This document shows, piece after piece, positions 36,074-44,889 of a stretch of 64,000 nucleotides of DNA. The notes below the pieces were generated by a model. It ran no database searches. It was not told where the DNA came from and saw only the letters and a program-made list of their open reading frames with translations. Both the position numbers and the translations under genes were made by a program. Origin of the DNA: a virus (Duplodnaviria > Caudoviricetes); the IMG/VR virus record IMGVR_UViG_2974549060_000001, positions 11,765 to 75,764 of that record; one strand, given 5' to 3'. The stretch's first letter is position 1. Each line of letters starts with the position of its first letter.

Positions 36074-36316
36074 TTATTTAAGTTTGAAGCGGAGCGTCTG
36101 GGTGTTGTCCTGATGATTCAGTACAGATTGAATCTCGGCTAGGCCATGATCTTTCAACACCAGAACAGCATCGGCTATGTTGGTGAAATCACCGGCCAGC
36201 TCAATGATCTTAAGCCCTAAGAGCTTTTTGGTCTTGAACTCATCCAGCTTGGCCTGAGTCAGGTATATGATCTGGGTGTTTTGTGTAACATGCTGATAAC
36301 CTAAGAACTGAGCCAT
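36074..36316 (-). CDS. small early protein, RTxxLL-motif family
   Basis: YLTQAKLDEFKTKKLLG. Confidence 0.75.
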   Translation of the reverse strand: MAQFLGYQHVTQNTQIIYLTQAKLDEFKTKKLLGLKIIELAGDFTNIADAVLVLKDHGLAEIQSVLNHQDNTQTLRFKLK

Positions 36317-36318
36317 AT

Positions 36319-36561
36319 CTACTCCCGGTACAATCGAATAAGGTTATCCTCCCCGTCCTTGTAGACAGCGACACCTACCACACCGAAGGTGGGCAGATGG
36401 ACTCGCATGACTTCCTCTTGACGATGGGCCGGTGTGATACGCACTCCCACTTCTTGTAGTCCAGCTAACAGGCTGGCTTTGGTTGTGGACACCAGGGACA
36501 GCGGGATATTCATTCTCCCGACTGGCACGTTGTCACTAGGTAGTTTGTGTAAAAGTTCCAT
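36319..36561 (-). CDS. small early protein
   Basis: 80-aa ORF with RBS GAGG; weak echo of the family motif (IPLSLVSTTKASLLAG). Confidence 0.7.
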   Translation of the reverse strand: MELLHKLPSDNVPVGRMNIPLSLVSTTKASLLAGLQEVGVRITPAHRQEEVMRVHLPTFGVVGVAVYKDGEDNLIRLYRE

Positions 36562-36577
36562 AATTGATACCTCAATG

Positions 36578-36601
36578 AAATAGCCACCCTTCGGGGTGGC
36601 T
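36578..36601 (-). terminator. terminator after RNAP2 operon
   Basis: AGCCACCC-CGAA-GGGTGGCTATTT on the minus strand. Confidence 0.7.
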
Positions 36602-36606
36602 GGTGA

Positions 36607-36804
36607 TTATTTTGGGTACTTCGGATCATTCTCTTTAAGCCAGAGAACGTGCTTATTGTAAACGTTAACCAGACGGTTATACTCACCGCCTGTAACGATG
36701 TTGATTACGTCGATGCCACACTGATACATGTACGTGAGGTTATCGAACGCAATACGTGCTTTTCTGGCTTGACGCTTGTGCCACCAGACTTTAAGAAAGT
36801 GCAT
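36607..36804 (-). CDS. hypothetical protein
   Basis: Start moved to MHFLKVWW. Confidence 0.6.
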   Translation of the reverse strand: MHFLKVWWHKRQARKARIAFDNLTYMYQCGIDVINIVTGGEYNRLVNVYNKHVLWLKENDPKYPK

Positions 36805-38071
36805 AGTTTGAGTTCCTAATTTTGTCACCCAGGTCTGGGGACAGTTTGTCGTAGACACCATCAGTGGTCTGATATAACTGGTTCATGAGCATAGCCAGCA
36901 TCTCGCTATCAGCGAAGTCGGCTATGATCTCTTTGTACCAGTAACGGGTGATATCGCAGTTGTTTGCATGGCAACCGAACGCATCATGCACCGTGATAAC
37001 CGGAAACGGTTTGTAAGTCAGCATGTCGTCGGTGATGCTTACCAGTTTGTTCAGCATCCAGTCTGGCAGCTTGTGAACGTTGTCAGCAGTCAGCAGAGGC
37101 AGCAGAGACAGGTCAGCAATTTTCGCTTTCATGCCCAGCTTCGCCAGAGTGGTGAAGTCATCTACTTCACCCAGAGCCTGCTTCTTCGTGCCGGAGGCAC
37201 GCATTTGCTGAGCGCTGACCAGTATCTCACTAGCAACGCACACAACCGCAGGATCGTAGTTGCAACGACGCTCAATGCCACGCAGGAGATAGGCATCACA
37301 GCCATGAATGGTATTAGCAACGTTGGCCCGGCCACGTTCAGTACCCTCATTCACTTTGTATTGCAGAGTGAAGGTAGCGTGGTCGAGTTCATCCACTTCA
37401 ATTCTGGTTTCCTTCGTTTCCATGACCTTAATCACGGCAGTGAACCCATCCGGGAACACCAGCGTGTGATTAAGGGCGAATGGACGCCATGAACCCAGGA
37501 GTTCATCCATTAACTGGAAGGCACCAGGGGCGATAATCATCGCTGCATTGTAGAACGTGTCCAGCATGTCACCTTCACCGAATACACGCTTTGGCACGGC
37601 CTTTGAGCCGTAGCCAGAGGTCATTACGGCTTGTTTCACGTCCTTACGTGGAACAGTGATGGTAGCGTGTCCAGACTCCAGCAGTAGCCTGTTCATCTCG
37701 GTGGTGGTGTTGCTATACGCATCCATACGCTGACGCGGATCAATCATGCCAGTGTTGTAGGCACCAGCAATGCAGCCAGTCAGGGCTGACATAATCTGGA
37801 TACCAGAACAGCAGGCATCGAAGTGTACGATGTGGCCTACGGCCAGACCGCGACGAGCACGGTCAATTACCATACTGGCTTTACGGAACAGCTCTGGTTC
37901 CTCAGCTTTATCAGCCAGCAGATCCAGGTTGTCGATGTTATCTTCAATAAACTGAATGCGAGTTTCGAACAGCTCTTTGTCCATGCCATAGTGGTTGGCA
38001 GCATCAATGCAGAGATACTCCCAGCCATTGAAACGTTGGAAGCCAGTACCGAAGTTGATAGTATGTTGCAT
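36791..38071 (-). CDS. RNA polymerase II subunit 2 (N4 gp16-like), T7-like catalytic half
   Basis: Motif A HFDACCSGIQ, motif B RKDVKQAVMTSGYG, motif C VHDAF. Confidence 0.95.
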   Translation of the reverse strand: MQHTINFGTGFQRFNGWEYLCIDAANHYGMDKELFETRIQFIEDNIDNLDLLADKAEEPELFRKASMVIDRARRGLAVGHIVHFDACCSGIQIMSALTGCIAGAYNTGMIDPRQRMDAYSNTTTEMNRLLLESGHATITVPRKDVKQAVMTSGYGSKAVPKRVFGEGDMLDTFYNAAMIIAPGAFQLMDELLGSWRPFALNHTLVFPDGFTAVIKVMETKETRIEVDELDHATFTLQYKVNEGTERGRANVANTIHGCDAYLLRGIERRCNYDPAVVCVASEILVSAQQMRASGTKKQALGEVDDFTTLAKLGMKAKIADLSLLPLLTADNVHKLPDWMLNKLVSITDDMLTYKPFPVITVHDAFGCHANNCDITRYWYKEIIADFADSEMLAMLMNQLYQTTDGVYDKLSPDLGDKIRNSNYALS

Positions 38072-38081
38072 AAGTTAATCC

Positions 38082-38744
38082 TCATTTCCTGAAATTTAAC
38101 GAGAAACCGTCTAAGTGGTTTTCTGTGATGTACTTATCACGAGCCATAGCAGCTTCGACCTCGGTACTATAACGTCCCAGGTTTTTGGCTTTGCCGTGAA
38201 TTTTTATAATTGATAGCCATTTATTTGTTTGTTTACAACGGCTTACACCAATGTATTTGGATGATGTACCCGATTTTTTACGTCGGTTACGCTGTTGCAG
38301 GTATTCTGTAACCCAGGTGCAATTTGAAGGCCCGTAGTTGCCATCAGGGTCTTTTCTCTCAATGGTTAGTACGTCGCAATAACCTGCTTGCATAGCCCAA
38401 CCATAGAAAGCCTCAAAGCTATCCAACCATTCTTTGCATACAGTAACCCCTTTACCCCCATAATTGTGGTAACCACTTATATTTGGGTTACTACACCGAT
38501 TGATCATACCTTTGTAGATCTTGTAAATTCGAGATGTGGACTGACCGTGTTTGGTAATAACTTCTTGGTTGTAACAACCACATGAAGTTGTTTCCCCCCT
38601 ACGTAAGCTATTGAGCAGTACAATTTTTTCTTTCCCACAATCACATTTAACCCACACTCTACGGTCTTTAGTGCAAGACTCGGCATCATCAGTAATGATT
38701 AAACGGCCATATACTTCACCCACTACATTTTTTCTTGGTTTCAT
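38082..38744 (-). CDS. HNH-AP2 homing endonuclease between the RNAP subunits
   Basis: CDCG..TTSCGC, YGGKGVTVCKEW, IERKDPDGNYGPSNCTW, SSKYIGVS; AT-rich. Confidence 0.9.
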   Translation of the reverse strand: MKPRKNVVGEVYGRLIITDDAESCTKDRRVWVKCDCGKEKIVLLNSLRRGETTSCGCYNQEVITKHGQSTSRIYKIYKGMINRCSNPNISGYHNYGGKGVTVCKEWLDSFEAFYGWAMQAGYCDVLTIERKDPDGNYGPSNCTWVTEYLQQRNRRKKSGTSSKYIGVSRCKQTNKWLSIIKIHGKAKNLGRYSTEVEAAMARDKYITENHLDGFSLNFRK

Positions 38745-39727
38745 TTACGTTTGAACTCCTCTGGTACTCCAGTGACAACCTCCGTATCAGCTAAGTTGAT
38801 CGAGGCTTTTTTGAAAGATGTCCCCTGGCAGTTAATGTGATAACCTTGAGAGTACATTCTACCCCTTTTATCAACTTTATTCGACAAATAGAACCGGTTG
38901 CCCTGGTTCACCATGAGCGAGTAGAAGTAATAGGACTGCTCTTTGTAAGCAGCCCAGTTATCCTTCTGCTTACGGATCATGTCGGCTACCTGCCAATCGG
39001 ATAAATCCTCGTCGCTCTCAATAGAATCGAGATCGTGAGTTGGTTCCTCTTCCACTGTACATAGGAACTCCACATCCAGGGACAGAGGAACGCTATTGCG
39101 TGAATTGAGTACATCAAGGCAGATGTTTCCGTCATGATGGTTGAACCCTCCACCCAGGATGAGCGAGTCGTTCTGGTGGGTGTAATAGGCGGTTGAACGG
39201 TTGTTCACGAGCTTCTGAGGCTCACAAACCAGTGGTGGCAAATAGCATGAATATGCAATGAAATTGCCTAACTCTTCACTAAAGGTGATGTTACTTTGAA
39301 TCTGGATTGGGCTGTTACGGTGACGTTTGATGAGGTCAAACACATCGGTTTCAGCCAATACAGCCAGCACTTCGGCAATGGTCTGCACGCTATCACGCTT
39401 ATCGTCGAAGCCGATGCGTGAAGCCAGTTGACCAATGGCATTGACCAGTGGAGTCTCGGCCTGGAAGTACACGACACCCACGAATATCTCGGTGACGAGT
39501 TTTTCCAGATCCAGTTGAGCCAGATGATGTAGACGGACAGCTTTGCTGTCGTAATACTGCTCGGCCATCCACTGTTTCAGTAGTTCCACACCCTGTGCCA
39601 CTTCTGGCAGCAGATTCTCTTCACCTTCAAACAACTCCTTACGGATGTATCCGTCGATATGACGGCGATTAAACTGCCTCTCGTTTATGAGCTGTAATTC
39701 TTTAGGCGGTAACCACTTATGTTCCAT
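38741..39727 (-). CDS. RNA polymerase II subunit 1 (N4 gp15-like)
   Basis: YLPPLVCEP, FYLSNKVDKRGRMYSQGY. Confidence 0.93.
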   Translation of the reverse strand: MEHKWLPPKELQLINERQFNRRHIDGYIRKELFEGEENLLPEVAQGVELLKQWMAEQYYDSKAVRLHHLAQLDLEKLVTEIFVGVVYFQAETPLVNAIGQLASRIGFDDKRDSVQTIAEVLAVLAETDVFDLIKRHRNSPIQIQSNITFSEELGNFIAYSCYLPPLVCEPQKLVNNRSTAYYTHQNDSLILGGGFNHHDGNICLDVLNSRNSVPLSLDVEFLCTVEEEPTHDLDSIESDEDLSDWQVADMIRKQKDNWAAYKEQSYYFYSLMVNQGNRFYLSNKVDKRGRMYSQGYHINCQGTSFKKASINLADTEVVTGVPEEFKRK

Positions 39728-39733
39728 ACGTCC

Positions 39734-40153
39734 TCACTGAGCAAAGCGAATAAAGATTTTCCATACACCACGTTTAGGGTTAACGCAGAGTGTTGTTACT
39801 ACGATTCCACCGGCCATATATAAGTGGCGACGTTTGTGATCCTCCTTGATTTGGTCGGCCCAATACACTATCCCGGTAATAGTGAAGTGGTGGGGTTGAG
39901 GCATCAGTAACCACCTAGTTTTAATTTCATCCATCAGTGCCTGCGAAATCTTCAATGCCCGGTTATCACCTCTGGCTTGCAGATACTGCGGCTCAGTTAC
40001 TGTTTGTAGCTCCAGCGATTCATGCAGAGCTTCTCCATACTGTTGGGCATATCTACCCATTTGGCTTTTACCAATACGTCTACCATACCTAATCTCGTTA
40101 GCCATATCACCCCAACGCTCTGCTTCACGCTTACGATTCTCTTTGTAGCCCAT
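39734..40153 (-). CDS. hypothetical protein
   Basis: 139 aa; GRRIGKS motif. Confidence 0.65.
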   Translation of the reverse strand: MGYKENRKREAERWGDMANEIRYGRRIGKSQMGRYAQQYGEALHESLELQTVTEPQYLQARGDNRALKISQALMDEIKTRWLLMPQPHHFTITGIVYWADQIKEDHKRRHLYMAGGIVVTTLCVNPKRGVWKIFIRFAQ

Positions 40154-40162
40154 TAGTCACCC

Positions 40163-40447
40163 CTATAGTCTTAACCATGTTTGATAATCAGCTTCCGAAT
40201 ACTCAGTATCCACTGACTGCTTTACGGCTTTCAGTTCTTTCAACTGGGCACCACGAGTACGCTGTGGGTCAGTGTCTTCCATCAGCTCAATGTGGTCTTC
40301 ACAAGCGTAATGCTTGTACGTGTCACGCGTACCCATACGTGGGGCATAACGTGTCATACGTGTTGCTACGCGCTTAATTCCTAATGCTTTGCAGAACTTG
40401 CAATAGGTATGGCACTTGGCCTTACTGGTTTCAGCAGACATACACAC
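40163..40447 (-). CDS. Cys/His-containing hypothetical protein
   Basis: CKFCK..YACEDH. Confidence 0.65.
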   Translation of the reverse strand: MCMSAETSKAKCHTYCKFCKALGIKRVATRMTRYAPRMGTRDTYKHYACEDHIELMEDTDPQRTRGAQLKELKAVKQSVDTEYSEADYQTWLRL

Positions 40448-40451
40448 CTCA

Positions 40452-40479
40452 ATAAAACAGCCATCCCCGAAGGGATGGC
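40452..40479 (-). terminator. intrinsic terminator
   Basis: GCCATCCC-TTCG-GGGATGGC-TGTTTTATT. Confidence 0.8.
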
Positions 40480-40486
40480 ATGTGGC

Positions 40487-40783
40487 TTACGCGAGTTCGA
40501 ACTTCTGACCTTCCGGCGTTGCTTCGCCATAGGACAGTACGATACGAGATGCCAGAGCTTTCAGTCGCTTTTCAACGTCTGCATCAGACTTACAGTCTTT
40601 CAGTATGTCGATGATCATGCCTTCCAGCGGGTGAGTTTCACGCAGGCCGATACCCTGACCACCCAAGCGTTTCAAGCCCTGTTTGGTCATGATGCCAATG
40701 TTCAGATAGCCCGCAACTTTGTTACGGTTAGCGTCAGTAGCAGGAGTGTTTGCAGCAGAAGAACGACGATTGAAACCAGCCAT
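40487..40783 (-). CDS. possible N4 gp2-like ssDNA-binding RNAPII cofactor
   Basis: KVAGYLNIGI resembles the recalled gp2 KAQFWLNIGY; early position behind its own hairpin; start at MAGFNRR. Confidence 0.45.
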   Translation of the reverse strand: MAGFNRRSSAANTPATDANRNKVAGYLNIGIMTKQGLKRLGGQGIGLRETHPLEGMIIDILKDCKSDADVEKRLKALASRIVLSYGEATPEGQKFELA

Positions 40784-40846
40784 GATAAGTACCTCGATGA
40801 ATGAGTAGAAGAATGATGGGCGATTTTGCCCTTGATTTACCACACA

Positions 40847-40861
40847 AGGCGCTATGCGCCT
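40847..40861 (-). promoter_or_regulatory. triloop hairpin promoter candidate
   Basis: AGGCGC-TAT-GCGCCT on the template (+) strand; C at the predicted +1. Confidence 0.5.
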
Positions 40862-41143
40862 CTAACAGATGACTAAGCAGCTCACACGAGATTGCCAGCC
40901 TGCATAAGCAACGGAACTGCTTTCGATTTGGTCGTTGAAGGCCATCAGGTCTTCGAACGCTTCACGGCCCAAAACAGAGGCAGCAACCTCCGTCTGAGTA
41001 GCTAAAGACAGGTCGGTCATGACCAGTTGGGTCAGACCTTTACGGAACAGGAATAATGCCAGGTCACGCATTTCACCATCACGCCATGCACGAGCACACC
41101 AGCGAAGGTTTGTTTGAGCGTGGTCAATATTCATAGTCGGCAT
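40862..41143 (-). CDS. hypothetical early protein
   Basis: 93-aa ORF. Confidence 0.65.
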   Translation of the reverse strand: MPTMNIDHAQTNLRWCARAWRDGEMRDLALFLFRKGLTQLVMTDLSLATQTEVAASVLGREAFEDLMAFNDQIESSSVAYAGWQSRVSCLVIC

Positions 41144-41209
41144 ACAGTTTTCCTTTAGGGGTAGACGTGGACACCAGCAGCCCCGATATCCACGATAATT
41201 GTTCTATGT

Positions 41210-41226
41210 AACGCGCTATGCGCGTT
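41210..41226 (-). promoter_or_regulatory. triloop hairpin promoter candidate
   Basis: AACGCGC-TAT-GCGCGTT. Confidence 0.5.
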
Positions 41227-41509
41227 GGTTTTCACCAACCACGTAGAGCAGATGCACCGGTATTACTGGGTACAGCCCCAGCAAACATTTAGTCGCTAAT
41301 GGGTATCTTTCATCCTTTGGAATAATGAACGTGTAGTACACGCCAGCATGTCGAAACAGGTAGGATTCATTGATGTCCATTTGAGATGGGGTGTAAGCAA
41401 ACACACTGAGATCGGCAAGAATCGTGCCTTCATCAACAGATGTTATCTGGTTTATATCCCAGTCGATTACTGCGGTTAACTCTTTGGATTTATAAGTATG
41501 TTCAGCCAT
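41216..41509 (-). CDS. small early protein with degenerate RTxxLL motif
   Basis: IIPKDERYPLATKCLLG near the C-terminus. Confidence 0.7.
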   Translation of the reverse strand: MAEHTYKSKELTAVIDWDINQITSVDEGTILADLSVFAYTPSQMDINESYLFRHAGVYYTFIIPKDERYPLATKCLLGLYPVIPVHLLYVVGENQRA

Positions 41510-41814
41510 TACATGCCCTTAATTGCCACCTCCACCATCGTTACCTCTGGCTTCTTGAGCATGTGATGGGTCACATACACCGCAAGGATAAGGAACTTGC
41601 TTTCGATACCAGGGATGGTAATGAGTTGTTGGACGGCTCCGGCCAGATTGTTCGGGCCTAAGTTGAACTTATTCAGGTTGATGGGCATAGTGCCCTTCCA
41701 CTCGAATTTAGGTGTCAGCAGACGCAGTGTACGCAGTTCGTCATACTGGCTGGCAGATAGCCAGCCCAGTGACTCCCCGTCGCTCACACGAAACAGAGCG
41801 TGCTCTGTAATCAT
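41509..41814 (-). CDS. small early protein, RTxxLL-motif family
   Basis: WLSASQYDELRTLRLLT. Confidence 0.75.
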   Translation of the reverse strand: MITEHALFRVSDGESLGWLSASQYDELRTLRLLTPKFEWKGTMPINLNKFNLGPNNLAGAVQQLITIPGIESKFLILAVYVTHHMLKKPEVTMVEVAIKGM

Positions 41815-42134
41815 ATATACGGTTCCCCACTCGAATCGACTGGAGGCTTATATTTCAGCCACCACTTCATCAGTGTTTTACGGTTAACAGTACGGATTGC
41901 TGCCTCTGGATCGAATACCTTCCCACGCCAATGTTCCGGGCAATCCCGGTATACTGGGACAGGTGGATTACCTGCCTCAAACCAGTAAACAATGGTTGGG
42001 AAGTCAAACTCCAGGTCAGGCATAATCAGTTGCTGGGTACGAATTTGATCGAACTCATCCTGGGTCATGGTTGTTTCAGCAATAAGCTGAATACCAGTAC
42101 CAGCACGTTTAAGTACGTCACGTAGTATTATCAA
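41811..42134 (-). CDS. small early protein, RTxxLL-motif family
   Basis: TMTQDEFDQIRTQQLIM. Confidence 0.75.
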   Translation of the reverse strand: MIILRDVLKRAGTGIQLIAETTMTQDEFDQIRTQQLIMPDLEFDFPTIVYWFEAGNPPVPVYRDCPEHWRGKVFDPEAAIRTVNRKTLMKWWLKYKPPVDSSGEPYI

Positions 42135-42424
42135 AATGGAATATCCGTTGTGATATTAAAATGCCACATTACTGGCACGACTTGATGCACATTGAGCTTA
42201 AGTATCTCGTCACTATCCGGGTCACAAGAACCCTCCAGCCACTGACCATTACCCAAATCCAGGTATGAAGTAATACCGTGGTCAGACTTAAAAGTATCTG
42301 CACGCATCTTCACTTTCTGGCTTTGTCCAGTCAGTAGCATTAAGGTACGAATATAATCAAGCTCGGCATCCCCCAAATGACATACCAGTCGGCTAAAGCC
42401 TATGGCACGGAGTTGATAACTCAT
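42131..42424 (-). CDS. small early protein, RTxxLL-motif family
   Basis: HLGDAELDYIRTLMLLTG. Confidence 0.75.
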   Translation of the reverse strand: MSYQLRAIGFSRLVCHLGDAELDYIRTLMLLTGQSQKVKMRADTFKSDHGITSYLDLGNGQWLEGSCDPDSDEILKLNVHQVVPVMWHFNITTDIPF

Positions 42425-42690
42425 CTGCGGAATCTCGCTATAAGCTCCCCATTCTTTTGGAAGTAGGGGAAGTTAATTGGCCCACTATCTAATTGAAGGA
42501 AACTACTATTTGCTGTTACCAACATATGTGGAATAGGCAATTGAGTTTTCTCAAGGATAGTGGCATCTACGATACAGTCTTCAATACCCAACAAATGCTG
42601 GGTACGAATATTATCTACCAGCTCATCGGTCACCTCGAAATAACGGTGACCATTATCGTTAACACTGATTGCACGAGCAAATTTACGCAT
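42421..42690 (-). CDS. small early protein, RTxxLL-motif family
   Basis: EVTDELVDNIRTQHLLG. Confidence 0.75.
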   Translation of the reverse strand: MRKFARAISVNDNGHRYFEVTDELVDNIRTQHLLGIEDCIVDATILEKTQLPIPHMLVTANSSFLQLDSGPINFPYFQKNGELIARFRR

Positions 42691-42693
42691 AAG

Positions 42694-42996
42694 CTACTCG
42701 AAGTAGATAAAGACGTTGAGGTCTTCTGAGGTGGGACAGCTATAATCCATAACATCAGCAACAGGTACATTGAGATGGATACGGAAACCAGCATCAGGGA
42801 TGTTATACATACGATGTAAATCACCCCCAAATAACGCTATGCGGTCAGTTTCCATTATTAACAATGGCAATTTAGTAAACCAATTATGGGCACCTAGTAA
42901 CCGACGTGTGCGTATTTGTTTAATATCATCAGGCGTCAATGTAGCAATGAATGTATATTTGTACGCCTGATAGCAGAGATTTACTGGGTGCCCCAT
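42694..42996 (-). CDS. small early protein, RTxxLL-motif family
   Basis: TLTPDDIKQIRTRRLLG; start moved to MGHPV (RBS GGAG). Confidence 0.72.
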   Translation of the reverse strand: MGHPVNLCYQAYKYTFIATLTPDDIKQIRTRRLLGAHNWFTKLPLLIMETDRIALFGGDLHRMYNIPDAGFRIHLNVPVADVMDYSCPTSEDLNVFIYFE

Positions 42997-43352
42997 GTCT
43001 TGTGCTCCGGTAGGCACCATGACCACGCTGAGTCAAAGTAACAATTGAATGGGGCTTCACGGAATAACGGAGCTATTTGGTTGGCTTTATATCCAGCTAG
43101 CCCGCAACCAATCTGAGTTACCTGGAACTCAAGTTCAGGATGCTCTTTGGCATACTTCACGAAGTCATCAATATGAGTCTGGATATCAGCCAGACGTAGG
43201 ACTTCCATAGCCCAGCCTTTGGTGGGAATAGCGTAGCTATTACCGAAATGGCCGATGCCTTCACCCCATGCAGCACCCTCATGGAATACTGCATGTTTAG
43301 CGGCACCAGCACCGTGGATACCACGGAGATTACTTCCGAATACGAATATCAT
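42981..43352 (-). CDS. macrodomain-like (ADP-ribose-binding fold) protein
   Basis: IFVFGSNLRGIHGAGAA, SYAIPT, VTQIGCGLAG. Confidence 0.75.
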   Translation of the reverse strand: MIFVFGSNLRGIHGAGAAKHAVFHEGAAWGEGIGHFGNSYAIPTKGWAMEVLRLADIQTHIDDFVKYAKEHPELEFQVTQIGCGLAGYKANQIAPLFREAPFNCYFDSAWSWCLPEHKTWGTQ

Positions 43353-43732
43353 GGATCAGACCTGTTCAGTTGTTCGATCATTAAGTTCAGTGCTTTACGT
43401 TGACGGCCAACCGGCAATTCACCGTTAACACGGATGGATGCAAACCAGTTCTCACGCTTCATGATGGTGTACGTATTAGCGTCACCACCTTCACGTAACC
43501 AGTATTTTGGTGGGTCAAGGGTGAAGTTGGTAATAACATCACCACGGCAATATTTATCCTCGTCTGCACATTCATCGAATACTTCGAGAATGGTTGAGCA
43601 GGTTGAGGGAATATTATCCTCTGGATACCACCAGCGAAATTGTCGCCAGAATGTGCGTAGTACATACGGGAACTGGTTATCTTTAATAAACCAGAGCATT
43701 AGGTACTCGAATATACGTTTTCTCATTTGCAC
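43349..43732 (-). CDS. hypothetical protein
   Basis: Coupled ORF. Confidence 0.6.
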   Translation of the reverse strand: MQMRKRIFEYLMLWFIKDNQFPYVLRTFWRQFRWWYPEDNIPSTCSTILEVFDECADEDKYCRGDVITNFTLDPPKYWLREGGDANTYTIMKRENWFASIRVNGELPVGRQRKALNLMIEQLNRSDP

Positions 43733-44394
43733 TCCACATAAGCGAATATCACGATTTCAATGTCCAGGTCTTTACGAGCTTCGACCTGTGCATCACGGTC
43801 TTCAAGCTGAGACTTACCATAAGGTGATAACCAATAGTCAGGATCAGCTGAGTTGTACAGTCCGTCGAGTGTTCCACGACGCCACTTAATCAGATAACGA
43901 TGAGCAGCAAGATGGGATTTAAAGTATTGAGCTTTATACACATCTTCTTCGGTAAACTCTCTGGCTTCATCACCCATAGTCTTACGAGATATGAGGCGAT
44001 GGGTCAGGTATTTACCGGTGGCTTTATCACGCAGGAAGAACATGCCTTTGAACGTCATGCTTGGTTTCTCAACCAGACGTAGCATGGTAATTTCCATGTC
44101 CTCACGCTGACGTGTGGGCACTGCGACTGGTGCTTCCGGGTATGTCCAGTAATACGAGCCATACTCGTCGCCATCCCAGTCTTCGCCTTTAGGCACATAG
44201 CCTTTGAGCCAACCTGTCAGGTAGATCCTGGCATGTCGCAGCTCACGGAATACACGAGGCCAGACTAAGCGTGGGTCGATGGGTTCCACATAGGAACCAC
44301 CACGGCCACGGCTGGACTTGGGCATAGGCAGAAATTCATTACGTCGTTTAACGGCATACACATGCTGAGTTAACATCAGTTCCTCCGCATCCAC
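43723..44394 (-). CDS. hypothetical protein with internal duplication
   Basis: RVFRELRHARIYLTGWLKG / QYFKSHLAAHRYLIKWRRG. Confidence 0.7.
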   Translation of the reverse strand: MDAEELMLTQHVYAVKRRNEFLPMPKSSRGRGGSYVEPIDPRLVWPRVFRELRHARIYLTGWLKGYVPKGEDWDGDEYGSYYWTYPEAPVAVPTRQREDMEITMLRLVEKPSMTFKGMFFLRDKATGKYLTHRLISRKTMGDEAREFTEEDVYKAQYFKSHLAAHRYLIKWRRGTLDGLYNSADPDYWLSPYGKSQLEDRDAQVEARKDLDIEIVIFAYVECK

Positions 44395-44618
44395 GATTCA
44401 ACGGGTTCAATGTGGAATTGCCAGTGGTTATTACCCAGGTATTCCACGGAATAGTAATTACCCATATGGTGAGTTTGATCCTTACCCATATGGTTAATAC
44501 TTACAGCCGGAGCATCAATGACATTAACACCCAATAGTTTGAGTGTACGCATTTGATCCATCATGGCTTTAGTCAGCCAGATACCTTTACCGGTCTTACG
44601 ACATTTGAGCTTTTGCAT
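44376..44618 (-). CDS. small early protein, RTxxLL-motif family
   Basis: WLTKAMMDQMRTLKLLG. Confidence 0.75.
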   Translation of the reverse strand: MQKLKCRKTGKGIWLTKAMMDQMRTLKLLGVNVIDAPAVSINHMGKDQTHHMGNYYSVEYLGNNHWQFHIEPVESWMRRN

Positions 44619-44889
44619 AGGCTTCCTCCACTAATTTACGGAGCGATGTCATAGCAGCATTACAGTCCTCACCTGGTTTAGAGATGTGGGTAATTTCAGA
44701 CGGTGTACCGTCTTCCAGAGTCAGGCCAATATCTGCATACAGAATATGACCATCACGGCCATCGGATTCCATAGACAGCTTAACGCCTTTTTCTTTGAAA
44801 TAGATTTCGTCATCAAGGTTAATATTACGCAGCTCAATAGTTATGCGGCTACCATAAGGACGCAGGAATACCAAACATTCGATACTCAT
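44596..44889 (-). CDS. hypothetical protein
   Basis: 97-aa coupled ORF. Confidence 0.65.
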   Translation of the reverse strand: MSIECLVFLRPYGSRITIELRNINLDDEIYFKEKGVKLSMESDGRDGHILYADIGLTLEDGTPSEITHISKPGEDCNAAMTSLRKLVEEAYAKAQMS

